Source: Planctomycetota bacterium (GTDB taxonomy: Bacteria; Planctomycetota; B15-G4). Taken from it: a DNA stretch of 64,000 nucleotides. Where the stretch lies: positions 4,288,001 through 4,352,000 of the forward strand of contig CBDFJQ010000002.1 of the NCBI GenBank assembly GCA_965248575.1, in the 5' to 3' direction. Of this stretch, positions 49,829 to 58,848 are shown one piece after another. Made by a program: the position numbers and the translations under genes. The stretch's first letter is position 1, and each line of letters begins with the position of its first letter. The notes beneath the pieces were generated by a model, which worked only from the letters and a program-made list of their open reading frames with translations, had not been told where the DNA came from and ran no database searches.

Positions 49829-52800
49829 CTATGGATTGTCGCTCTTGGCCGGCTCGTCACCGCTCAACCGCCTCAAGAGTGACTCGGTTTCCCTGCGATC
49901 TGCGTCGCCTTCCGATAGACGATCGACCTGCACTCGGGCGGAAGATTCGGCTAACTCTCGGGACTCCTTGAGTCGGCCGGCGGCCTCGAACGCCATGGCG
50001 AGCGCGTACCTGGAGCGCGCAAGCTGCAGGTTGTCCTGCTGGAGGAGTTCCAAGCGTCGGTTCAGCGTGTCCTGTAGCAGTTCCACGGCCTCATCGACCC
50101 GGCCGGCTGCAGTGAGTGTCTCTCCGAGCTGGTTCGCGAACATCAATCGCTGTGTTTCCAGAATCCGGGCGCCTACGTTTCCATCGGCTTTCGCAAGCTC
50201 CACGAGTGCACGCCTGGATCCAGATTCCGCATCCTCGAAGCGTCGCTGCCACCTTCTGCAAACAGCCAGGTTGTGTCGAGCTGTTGCAAGCGCAGTCCAC
50301 TCGACGGGTGACCGGGACTGTTCCTCCTCGAGAATCGATGTGCAGATCGGGGTGGCGAGATGGATTTGTCGGTCACGAATCAGTGCGACGGCGAGGTTGT
50401 TCTTCAGCTGTGCTGTTCTCGGGTGCCCAGGGCCGAGCGATTCCTCGAAGATGCGCAACGCAGAGCTGAGGTAGCGAGTTGCTTCTGCGAACGAGCGCAG
50501 CTCTACCAGGATGAGTGCGAGATTCTCCATGCTGGCTGCGGTGGAGTAGTGATTCGGGCCCTTGGTCTGCAAGGAGATCCGATAGGCTCGGCGGGCCCAC
50601 GGCTCCGCCTCCTTCTGTCGCCCTTGGATGCCGAAGGCGACGCCAATGTTGTGAATCGTCCGAACAGTGCTCGCGTGATTTGGGCCGAAGAGTTTCTCGC
50701 GGACCTTCAGCGCTTCCTCGTAGTACTCGAACGCGGCCGGCTCGTCGTGGAAGAGCTGGCCGAGGTTGTCGAGGATGGCCCCGATGACGCCGGCCTGCTG
50801 GCGCTCTTCCTGCTTGCAGATCTCGAGGGCTTCCAGGAAGTACTTCTTCGAACGCTCCCGGTCTCGACGTAGGTACGCGTGACCGAGGTTGTTCACGTAG
50901 ACGCCGGTACGAGCTGTGCCCTTGCCGTAGAGTTTCTGCGCTGCCTCGAGTGCTCGCTCGTACTGGAGGACCTGCTCCTTGTGGAGGCCGATGTCTCCGA
51001 AGAACGAGGCAAGGTCGTTCAAGCCCGCGATCAGCACATCGCCGGCCACGGTAGGTTCCCAGTCACGCAGGCCCGTCTGATAGGCATCGGCTGGGCTGTG
51101 TGTACCGGCGAGTCGCCTCCACAACTGCATGAGTTCGACGCGGGTACGATCGGGTTGCTTGGGGCTGGCCTGCAGGAACGGAATCGACCCCAAGGTTCTG
51201 GATGCTTCGTCGAGCAGCCCCGCCTCGATCTGCTGGTGGGGGAGCTCTTCAACGACGCGCGCAGAAAGCGGTTGTGTTGAGAAGTACGTTGCAAGCAGTT
51301 CATGTGCTGTGGTCCGCGCCTCAACACTGTTGAGGTATCGACGGCGGACAGCATCCACCAGGCTTTCGTGAGAGGGGCGAAGCAGGCCGGAAGGCCTTGC
51401 GAGATGCCCGTCAAGGTTCGCCATGAGGACTGAATAACGGATTCCGTCGAGCTGAACTCTGGAAGGGAGGATCTCCAGGAGCTCCTCTTCCGTCAGTCCC
51501 CGACGTGCGGACACCAGGGATGCCAGCGTCGTGGCCACGAGGCCCGGGCCATCACCGTCTCCGTCCAAGCGCTTCTCCAATCGCTCGAGCACGATGCCAA
51601 AGAGCCCTTCGATCGATTGCGCACTCAGCAAGCTGTTGAGCGTTTCCTCGAGCTTGCGCCACGAGCCGGTCATGTGGAGTTCCACAAGCAGCGTCCGCAG
51701 GAAAAGCGGATTCTGCGTGGTGTGTTGCGCCGACAGCCGCGCTTCATGCGCCGAGTCCAGACGCTTTCCTAGAGACGACAGGTACTGCCGCAAGAGGGTG
51801 AGTCGCTCAGCCTCCGACAGAGGTGGGACGGGGACAGGCCGCCAACTCCGGGCTCGCATCACGTCGGTGACCCTGCCCACCCGCGCAGATGCCACGATCT
51901 GAACGTTGGCTGGGAGCTTCGGGAGCCAAGTCAGTTCCCGCGACGAACTCGATTCGTCCAGCTGGTCCAGCCCATCGATCACGAGGACGAGCGTCTGTTC
52001 TTCCGGGAGCCTCGTGAACCGGTCATGTAATGCGGGTCGGAGAGAACCCATGTCCGACGGGACCTCACCTTCCAATCCGTGGCGAGTGCGTAGGAACTCA
52101 CAGAGACGGAGACCGATCTCGAGAGCTGCTTCGTGCATGGAGCCCGCACCAGCGAAGTGATGGAAGACGCTGACCCGGGGCGATCGATCCGCTTGCACAA
52201 GCGACCAATGCGCGAGGATGGAGGTCTTGCCGATGCCAGCCGGGCCCTCAAGGAACGCGGCCTGCCCTGCGTCGACGGCCTCATCCAGGGCTTTCTCGAT
52301 CGAACTGCGTACGACATGCTGGGCCGCTTGAACCCGAGCGAAGTGCTCGTGATGACGATCGAGACCAGCCTCCTCACCGGTGTTCTCCGTGTCCCGCAAC
52401 ACTTCCCGAATCTGCTCACGCAGGTCGGAGTACACACGCTGTGAGAATTCCTCGATGCGTTCGTACTCCGGACCGCGGTAGCCCGCATGCTTGCGCACCT
52501 GTTCCTTGAGTTCAGCGAGTCTGGGCAAGCCCGAGTGGGCATTGCGCTCATCGGGCGCCTGAGTCTCGTCGTGCCGGACATAGAGCAGCGGCCTGGAAGA
52601 CTCCGCGTGCAGGCCCAGGGAGCCATATCGGAGTTCGAGTTCAAAGACGCTCCTGTCGACGGTGTCCCTGAGCCACGGATGTCGTTCGAGTGTTGATGAA
52701 GGGATGGAGTGTGCGCGGCTACCGTAGCGAGAGCCCAGCATGCCCACGAAGAACGGGCGGCAATTGTCGATCTCGCTGAGGCAGGTTTCGACCACGTCTC

Positions 52801-53044
52801 CCCGGCTCGACTGCTCGCGCGTGATTCCCCAGCGGAGATCGACGGCGACGATGGAGACGGCACGACCGGAGAACTCACGGCGAAGTCGTGGGAACACGCC
52901 CTGCAGGAGCTCGGTGCGTTCCTCTTGCATGTCCTCAAAGGTTGAGGAGATGAACACGCGGATCACGCCCGTCGGATTCCCGGTGCCAGTCGCTTGCCGG
53001 CCCGGGTGTCGTGAATCGTCAGTGGGGCGGTTCGATTGGGCCAA
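49829..53044 (-). CDS. DUF4062-NACHT/STAND NTPase-TPR protein (NLR-like, nephrocystin-3-like architecture)
   Basis: IRVFISSTFEDMQEER, VDLRWGI, CL.EID.CRPFF.G.LG.RYG; Walker A GPAGIGKT; Walker B VIDGLDQLD; NPLFL; kinesin-light-chain-type TPRs (GP.HP.TA...NNLA). Start uncertain. Confidence 0.9.
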   Translation of the reverse strand: MAQSNRPTDDSRHPGRQATGTGNPTGVIRVFISSTFEDMQEERTELLQGVFPRLRREFSGRAVSIVAVDLRWGITREQSSRGDVVETCLSEIDNCRPFFVGMLGSRYGSRAHSIPSSTLERHPWLRDTVDRSVFELELRYGSLGLHAESSRPLLYVRHDETQAPDERNAHSGLPRLAELKEQVRKHAGYRGPEYERIEEFSQRVYSDLREQIREVLRDTENTGEEAGLDRHHEHFARVQAAQHVVRSSIEKALDEAVDAGQAAFLEGPAGIGKTSILAHWSLVQADRSPRVSVFHHFAGAGSMHEAALEIGLRLCEFLRTRHGLEGEVPSDMGSLRPALHDRFTRLPEEQTLVLVIDGLDQLDESSSSRELTWLPKLPANVQIVASARVGRVTDVMRARSWRPVPVPPLSEAERLTLLRQYLSSLGKRLDSAHEARLSAQHTTQNPLFLRTLLVELHMTGSWRKLEETLNSLLSAQSIEGLFGIVLERLEKRLDGDGDGPGLVATTLASLVSARRGLTEEELLEILPSRVQLDGIRYSVLMANLDGHLARPSGLLRPSHESLVDAVRRRYLNSVEARTTAHELLATYFSTQPLSARVVEELPHQQIEAGLLDEASRTLGSIPFLQASPKQPDRTRVELMQLWRRLAGTHSPADAYQTGLRDWEPTVAGDVLIAGLNDLASFFGDIGLHKEQVLQYERALEAAQKLYGKGTARTGVYVNNLGHAYLRRDRERSKKYFLEALEICKQEERQQAGVIGAILDNLGQLFHDEPAAFEYYEEALKVREKLFGPNHASTVRTIHNIGVAFGIQGRQKEAEPWARRAYRISLQTKGPNHYSTAASMENLALILVELRSFAEATRYLSSALRIFEESLGPGHPRTAQLKNNLAVALIRDRQIHLATPICTSILEEEQSRSPVEWTALATARHNLAVCRRWQRRFEDAESGSRRALVELAKADGNVGARILETQRLMFANQLGETLTAAGRVDEAVELLQDTLNRRLELLQQDNLQLARSRYALAMAFEAAGRLKESRELAESSARVQVDRLSEGDADRRETESLLRRLSGDEPAKSDNP

Positions 53045-53484
53045 TGGTTGGCGGAGGGCGGAGGGGAACTGCTCGGGGTTGACCGACCTCTCAAGAATGT
53101 TGCAGATGTCCTAGATCTTGTTCATTCCCAATTCCTACTCGCCGACTGGGGTCCCTTGGTTGAATGCCCTCGTCGTTCAGAGGCTGGGTGCTGGCATCGT
53201 CTCCGAATCCCGATCTGAGAGCGCTGCCTGGGATCAGTCCTCGGCCAGCAGCGCTTGCCAGGTCAGCAGCCGCGCGATGGGTGGGTCCGCGCGTGTGCCG
53301 CCGAGAGGCTGAAGCAGGCCCGAGGTTTCGACGGCGAAGGCCGGCCGGAGGCCCAGCACAACGCCATTCGCGGAATCGGCTGGGATCCAGGGTCTGGGCC
53401 GCTTTTCGCCAATCAGTCAATCACCTGATATGGATGACAATCGATGAGACATCCAGGTGACCCAGGCCCTTTCCCGAGCCACCC

Positions 53485-53886
53485 ATGACCTCCCCCCTGG
53501 CCCGCTGGGTGAGCGGCCAGACGCTGTTCCTGCGGATCACCGGCCTGAGCGTGGTGCTGCTGCCGACGAGCGTCTTCAACCGGCACGCCGTCCTGCTGCA
53601 CATCGCTCTCGGCCCGATCTTCCTGCCGCCCTTCCTGCTCTACACGTGGCGGCACGTGCGCGACGACTGGGACGACCCGCTCTCGCACGGCAAGTTCACT
53701 GGCTGGGTGTCGGGCGGCATGGCCGTGGTCCGTCTCCTGTTCGGTGTGCTGCTCACCTGGAATGGGCTGTTCGATGTGCGCCGCAGCGAGACCTGGCGCA
53801 TGGTTCACATCGTCACCACCGTGGGCCTCGTCGACGCCTGCGTGGTGCTTGGGCCGAAGCTCGCCGTGTTATCTTGGGCTCGATGA
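53485..53886 (+). pseudogene. Truncated duplicate of the 5' (membrane) part of the multiheme cytochrome gene at 56668
   Basis: Near-identical LARWVSGQTLFL...HGKFTGWVSGG...WRMVHIVTTVGLV; N-terminal deletion; no heme motifs; still open, and its stop overlaps the next ATG. Confidence 0.85.
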
Positions 53887-54938
53887 ACGTCGAGCAGTCT
53901 GAGACCACCGAACGGACAGGCCCCTACGCAGTGTTTGGTGCGATCCTCTTGAGCCTGCTCGGCTTCGGACTCGTCGCCTTCGCGATGTCGACCCTCGCCC
54001 CGTGGCCAGACGATTTCGCGATCACTGCGAAGCTCGAGCACCTGCGCGAACATCCGGAAGACTACGACACGCTCTTCATCGGCAAGAGTCATGTGTTCCG
54101 CTCGTTCATCCCGAACGTGATTGACGAGCGTCTCGAGCAGCAGGGCATTCGCATGCGCTCCTTCAACCTGGGCGGTCCCGGGATGAGCGCGCCCGAGATC
54201 GACCATGTGTTGCGCACGGTCCTGGAGATCGAGGGCCTGCATCTCAAATACGTCTTCATCGAAACCCCGGATTGGCACGACTTCGCCAATGAGGACCTGG
54301 AGACGAACCGGGCCTTGAACTGGCACACGCCACGGCAGACGTGGCGCGCTGTTCGGGACGTGAGCGTGACCACGTCGACATGGGGCGAGCGAAGCCGTTT
54401 GGCCTGGCCACATCTGAAGCTGCTCTGGATGCGTGCGACGGCCTACGGACAGGGCGAACACTTCGTCGTGAATCGACTGGTCGCAGCTGAGCAGCCTCTG
54501 TCCGCGGAGGCCGTGGCGCGCGATCGCGGATACCAGGGGCTGGACGATCTCGGTACGCCTGAGATGATCCGACGGCGGGAGGCGTTCGTCCGGAACCGCT
54601 CGAAGTATCGGCAGCGGGTGGACGGGATCATTTCGGGGAATCAGCAGCCCTGCGATCTCGAGCACTACGACTTTGAGGCGCTGACCGAGCAGATCGACCT
54701 GATCAAGGCTGCAGGAGCCCGTCCCATCTACATCGCGCCTCCGAGCATGTTCCCGGATGCCCAGGCCCAGGAACTGTCGAGGCAGGGCCATCTTCCGGAC
54801 CTGATGGTCTTCAACGATCCCGTGCAATACCCGGACCTGTATCGCTTCAGCAGGCGCTTCGATGGGCACCTGAATCAGCAGGGTGCGATGGAGTTCAGCC
54901 AGCTTTTCGCGGACCACCTTCTCAGCGGCCTGAACTGA
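53883..54938 (+). CDS. SGNH-like (DltD/AlgJ/DUF1574-type) membrane-anchored acyltransferase partner
   Basis: N-terminal TM; LFIGKSH, SFNLGGPG, FDGHLNQQGA; adjacent to an MBOAT. Confidence 0.75.
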   Translation: MNVEQSETTERTGPYAVFGAILLSLLGFGLVAFAMSTLAPWPDDFAITAKLEHLREHPEDYDTLFIGKSHVFRSFIPNVIDERLEQQGIRMRSFNLGGPGMSAPEIDHVLRTVLEIEGLHLKYVFIETPDWHDFANEDLETNRALNWHTPRQTWRAVRDVSVTTSTWGERSRLAWPHLKLLWMRATAYGQGEHFVVNRLVAAEQPLSAEAVARDRGYQGLDDLGTPEMIRRREAFVRNRSKYRQRVDGIISGNQQPCDLEHYDFEALTEQIDLIKAAGARPIYIAPPSMFPDAQAQELSRQGHLPDLMVFNDPVQYPDLYRFSRRFDGHLNQQGAMEFSQLFADHLLSGLN

Positions 54939-54976
54939 TGTTTCATCGCGAGACGAGGCCGGAGTCAACGCCCTAG

Positions 54977-56386
54977 ATGCTCTTCACCGAAGGGCGGTTC
55001 TTCCTCTTCTTCTTCCTGGTGCTCGGGGTGCACTGGGCGCTGCGGTCGTTCCGGGCACGCAAGCTATGGCTGCTTCTTTGTAGCTACGCGTTCTACGCGG
55101 GGTGGGACTGGCGCTTTCTCTCGCTGATCATCTTCTCCACATGCGTTGACTTCTACGTCGGACGGCGGATCCACGCCGCCGAGGAGGGGCGGTCGCGAAG
55201 GCTGTGGCTGATACTCAGCATGTCGGCCAACCTCGGTCTGCTGGGTTTCTTCAAGTACTACAACTTCTTCGCTGACTCGGCGGCCGACCTCCTGCGCTGG
55301 TTCGGCTTCAGCCCGAACGAGACCACGCTGCTGATCGTCCTGCCCGTGGGAATCAGCTTCTACACGTTCCAGACGATGAGCTACACGATCGACATCTACC
55401 GTCGACACTTGAAGCCCGTCTCGAGCTTCTCGGATTTCGCGCTCTTCGTCGGCTTCTTTCCGCAGTTGGTTGCCGGGCCGATCGTCCGTGCCATCGAGTT
55501 CCTGCCGCAGCTCGAGGAGAAACGCACCTTTGCGCGCCACGTGCAGGTGCGGGCGGCGCTCACGCTGTTCCTGGTGGGTTTCGTCAAGAAGGCCTGCGTA
55601 GCGGACCACGCTGCCGAGATCATCGATGTGGTGTTCACGGATCCCGCTTCCTGGTCCACCTCCAGCAACTGGCTGTCACTGCTGATGTATCACATCCAGC
55701 TATACTGTGATTTCTCCGGCTACAGCGACATGGCGATCGGCAGTGCCGGGCTGCTCGGCTTCAAGCTGCCCTTGAACTTCGACTTCCCCTACTTCGCCCG
55801 GAACATCGCAGAGCTGTGGCGCCGCTGGCACATCACGCTGTCGTCGTGGATCAAGGACTACCTGTTCGTTCCTCTCGGGGGCAGTCGCTCCAAGGCCGGC
55901 AGATTGATCTTCAACGTCTGCCTGACCTGGGCATTGTGCGGGCTGTGGCACGGGGCCGGATGGAACTACGTCGTCTGGGGGCTGATCAACGCGACGTACC
56001 TGTTGATCTTCCGGGTGTGGAGCCCGAGTGCTGCGGCCAAGAGCCTGCCGGGCCGTCTCATTCATTTCGCGGGCATCCCGCTGACCAACCTGTTCTGGTT
56101 GTGGTCATTGGTCTGCTTCCGCGGACAGTCATTCGGGTCGATGATGGACATGCTCCGGATCACCGTGGGCTTGCAGGTCGGAGGAGCCGAACAGGTGGAC
56201 CCCAACTGGTGGGCCTACGTCGTCGGGTGCGGCATCGTCCACTGGTGCTTCTGGAAGTTGCACGTCACGGAGCGTCTGGCTGCATTGGGAACGCGCTCGT
56301 TCGCTCTTGCCTACGGCATCCTGTGGGCCCTCGTGCTGCCCTGGGTCGCAACGGGCTACACGCCGTTCATCTACTTCCAGTTCTAG
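54977..56386 (+). CDS. MBOAT family O-acyltransferase (AlgI/DltB-like)
   Basis: FFKYYNFF, LPVGISFYTFQ, FFPQLVAGPI, DFSGYSDMAIG, WRRWHITLS, GLWHGA, FIYFQF. Confidence 0.95.
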   Translation: MLFTEGRFFLFFFLVLGVHWALRSFRARKLWLLLCSYAFYAGWDWRFLSLIIFSTCVDFYVGRRIHAAEEGRSRRLWLILSMSANLGLLGFFKYYNFFADSAADLLRWFGFSPNETTLLIVLPVGISFYTFQTMSYTIDIYRRHLKPVSSFSDFALFVGFFPQLVAGPIVRAIEFLPQLEEKRTFARHVQVRAALTLFLVGFVKKACVADHAAEIIDVVFTDPASWSTSSNWLSLLMYHIQLYCDFSGYSDMAIGSAGLLGFKLPLNFDFPYFARNIAELWRRWHITLSSWIKDYLFVPLGGSRSKAGRLIFNVCLTWALCGLWHGAGWNYVVWGLINATYLLIFRVWSPSAAAKSLPGRLIHFAGIPLTNLFWLWSLVCFRGQSFGSMMDMLRITVGLQVGGAEQVDPNWWAYVVGCGIVHWCFWKLHVTERLAALGTRSFALAYGILWALVLPWVATGYTPFIYFQF

Positions 56387-56667
56387 TCGAGTTGGGGGGG
56401 GCGACCCGCCACGGTCGCGCGTCCCTCCGCTCGCGTTGCTGGCGCCCAGGGTCATCCGGCGCCCAATGCGACCGTGTTGATCTTCGAAACACCTTCCGGC
56501 GTCGATGGCAACCAGGCAGACAACAGCGTCCTGGCGGGAGGCCCGGCGACAGCGCCGCTCCAGGAATCCGTCGGGATTTGGGGTCTGGGCCCGTTCTTAT
56601 CAATCACCTGATACTCTTATCAGTATATATGGCATCCAGGTGACCCAGGCCCTCTCCCGAGCCCCCC

Positions 56668-58845
56668 ATGACCTCCTCCGACCCGTCCGCTGGCCCCTCC
56701 GCCGACCCGTCCCCCGGCAGAGACTGGCGCGTACAGCGCATCGCTGGCTGGACGTCCCTCCTGGCCCGCTGGGTGAGCGGCCAGACGCTGTTCCTGCTGA
56801 TCACCGGCTTGAGCGTGCTGCTGCTGCCGACGAGCGTGTTCAACCAGCACGCCGTCCTGGTGCACACCGCGCTCGGCCTGATCTTCCTGCCGCCCTTCCT
56901 GCTCTACACGTGGCGGCACGTGCGCGACTACTGGGACTACCCGCTCACGCACGGCAAGTTCACTGGCTGGGTGTCGGGCGGCATGGCCGTGGTCTGCCTC
57001 CTGTCCGGAGTCGTGCTCACCTGGAATGGGCTGTTCGACGTGCGCCGCAGCGAGAGCTGGCGCATGGTGCACATCGTCACCACCGTGGGCCTCGTGTTGT
57101 TCCTCGTGCCGCACCTCGCCGCGGTGCTGTTGGTGGAGCGGCGCAAGCGCACGCAACCGGCGTCGGCCGAACTGTTGGCGCGCGCCTCTGTGCACGGGCG
57201 CTACGCGATGCTCGCCACCATCGCCTGCCTCGGGATCACCGGCGCCTTCTGCGTCGCCCTACCACCCATGGCCTTCGTGAACGAGTTCCCCGAGGGTTAC
57301 GAGGCGCCGGAGGGCGGGCCTTTCGTCCCCAGCCTCGCGCGCACCGACACCGGCGGCGCCTTCGACGAACGCACGCTGGCCGGCAGCTCCGGCTGCGGCA
57401 CCTCTGGTTGCCACACCGAGATCTGGGAGGAGTGGCAGCCGAGCGCCCACCGCTATGCGGCCATGGACGCCGGCTTCCAGGCCATCCAGGGCGTCATGGC
57501 AGAGCAGAACGGGCCGGTCAGCACGCGCTACTGCGGCGGTTGCCACGACCCCATCTCGCTCTTCGCGGGGGCCAAGCGCATCGGCGGAGAAGAGCTCACC
57601 GCGCGCCCCGGTCACGACGAAGGCATCTCGTGCCTGTCCTGCCATGCCATCGAGGAGACGGACGTCAAGGGCAACGCCAACTACGTGATGACGCAGCCGC
57701 CGCGCTACGTCTACGAAGGCCTGGACGGCGCGCTGCCCAAGCTGCTCAGCGACTTCCTGATCCGCACCTACCCGGACCAGCACGTGGCCATGCTGAGCCG
57801 GCGCATGTTCAAGACTCCGGAGTTCTGCGCCGCCTGCCACAAGCAGTTCATCGACGAAACGGTCAACCGCGTGGGCTGGGTGCAGCTGCAGAACCAGTAC
57901 GACAACTGGAAGGCCAGTCGCTGGCACGACGAGGACGACCCGCGCCGCACCATCGAGTGCCGTGAGTGCCACATGCCGCTCATGGACTCCAGCGACCCGG
58001 CTTCCGGCGACGACGCCGACTGGAACCGCAGCGCGGACGACGGCAAGCACCGCAGCCACCGCTTCCTGGGCGCCAACCAGTACCTGCCGGTGCTCATGGA
58101 CCTGCCCGGCGGCCAGGAACAAGCGGACCTCACCGAGCAGTGGCTGCGCGGCGAGTACCCGATCCCGGAGATCGCCGACCGCTGGACGGAAGGCCCCGCG
58201 GTGCCGATCGAGGTGGACGCACCGCGCGAGGTCTTTGCTGGCGACACCGTGCCGCTGCGCGTGCACATCGGCAACAACAAGGTGGGCCACGACTTCCCCA
58301 CCGGCCCGCTGGACATCATCCAGGCCTGGGTCGAGATCAGCGTCACGGACGAGGCCGGTGAGGTCGTGTTCCACACGGGCCAGCGCGACGAGCGCTCGTT
58401 CATCGAGCCCGGCGCCTACATGTTCAAGGCCGAGCCGGTGGACCGCTACGGCAACCTCATTGACCGGCACAACCTGTGGGAGATGGTGGGCGTGCGCTTC
58501 AAGCGGGCTCTGTTCCCCGGCGCCGGCGAGGTGGCCAGCTTCGACTTCCCCTGCCCCGGCACGGCGACCGGCGAGATGGAGGACCTGCCGCGCATCGAGA
58601 GCGAGATGGTCGCTGTGCCCAGCGACGCCGTCGGTCGCCTCACGGTGAAGGCCTCATTGAACTACCGCAAGTTCGACCAGTACCTCTTGGACTTCGCCTT
58701 CGGGGCGGACTCGGGGCTCACCGCGCCGGTCACGGTGATGGCCACTGACGAGACCACCATCGACATCCTGCCCGGCAGTCGGCCCCTGGGGACCGACCTG
58801 CCAGCGGCCCTCACGCCAGCCACCAGCGACGACGAAGGAGACTGA
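56668..58845 (+). CDS. Membrane-anchored multiheme c-type cytochrome (c554-like domain)
   Basis: N-terminal TM helices; CGGCH, CLSCH, CAACH, CRECH plus atypical CGTSGCH; W..S.H; HRF.G; GHDFPTG. Confidence 0.92.
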   Translation: MTSSDPSAGPSADPSPGRDWRVQRIAGWTSLLARWVSGQTLFLLITGLSVLLLPTSVFNQHAVLVHTALGLIFLPPFLLYTWRHVRDYWDYPLTHGKFTGWVSGGMAVVCLLSGVVLTWNGLFDVRRSESWRMVHIVTTVGLVLFLVPHLAAVLLVERRKRTQPASAELLARASVHGRYAMLATIACLGITGAFCVALPPMAFVNEFPEGYEAPEGGPFVPSLARTDTGGAFDERTLAGSSGCGTSGCHTEIWEEWQPSAHRYAAMDAGFQAIQGVMAEQNGPVSTRYCGGCHDPISLFAGAKRIGGEELTARPGHDEGISCLSCHAIEETDVKGNANYVMTQPPRYVYEGLDGALPKLLSDFLIRTYPDQHVAMLSRRMFKTPEFCAACHKQFIDETVNRVGWVQLQNQYDNWKASRWHDEDDPRRTIECRECHMPLMDSSDPASGDDADWNRSADDGKHRSHRFLGANQYLPVLMDLPGGQEQADLTEQWLRGEYPIPEIADRWTEGPAVPIEVDAPREVFAGDTVPLRVHIGNNKVGHDFPTGPLDIIQAWVEISVTDEAGEVVFHTGQRDERSFIEPGAYMFKAEPVDRYGNLIDRHNLWEMVGVRFKRALFPGAGEVASFDFPCPGTATGEMEDLPRIESEMVAVPSDAVGRLTVKASLNYRKFDQYLLDFAFGADSGLTAPVTVMATDETTIDILPGSRPLGTDLPAALTPATSDDEGD

Positions 58846-58848
58846 GTC

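Noticed and set aside
53457..53882. N-terminal extension of the 493-aa ORF
   Set aside because: It is an off-frame reading of the duplicated cytochrome stub; the real start is ATG 53883.
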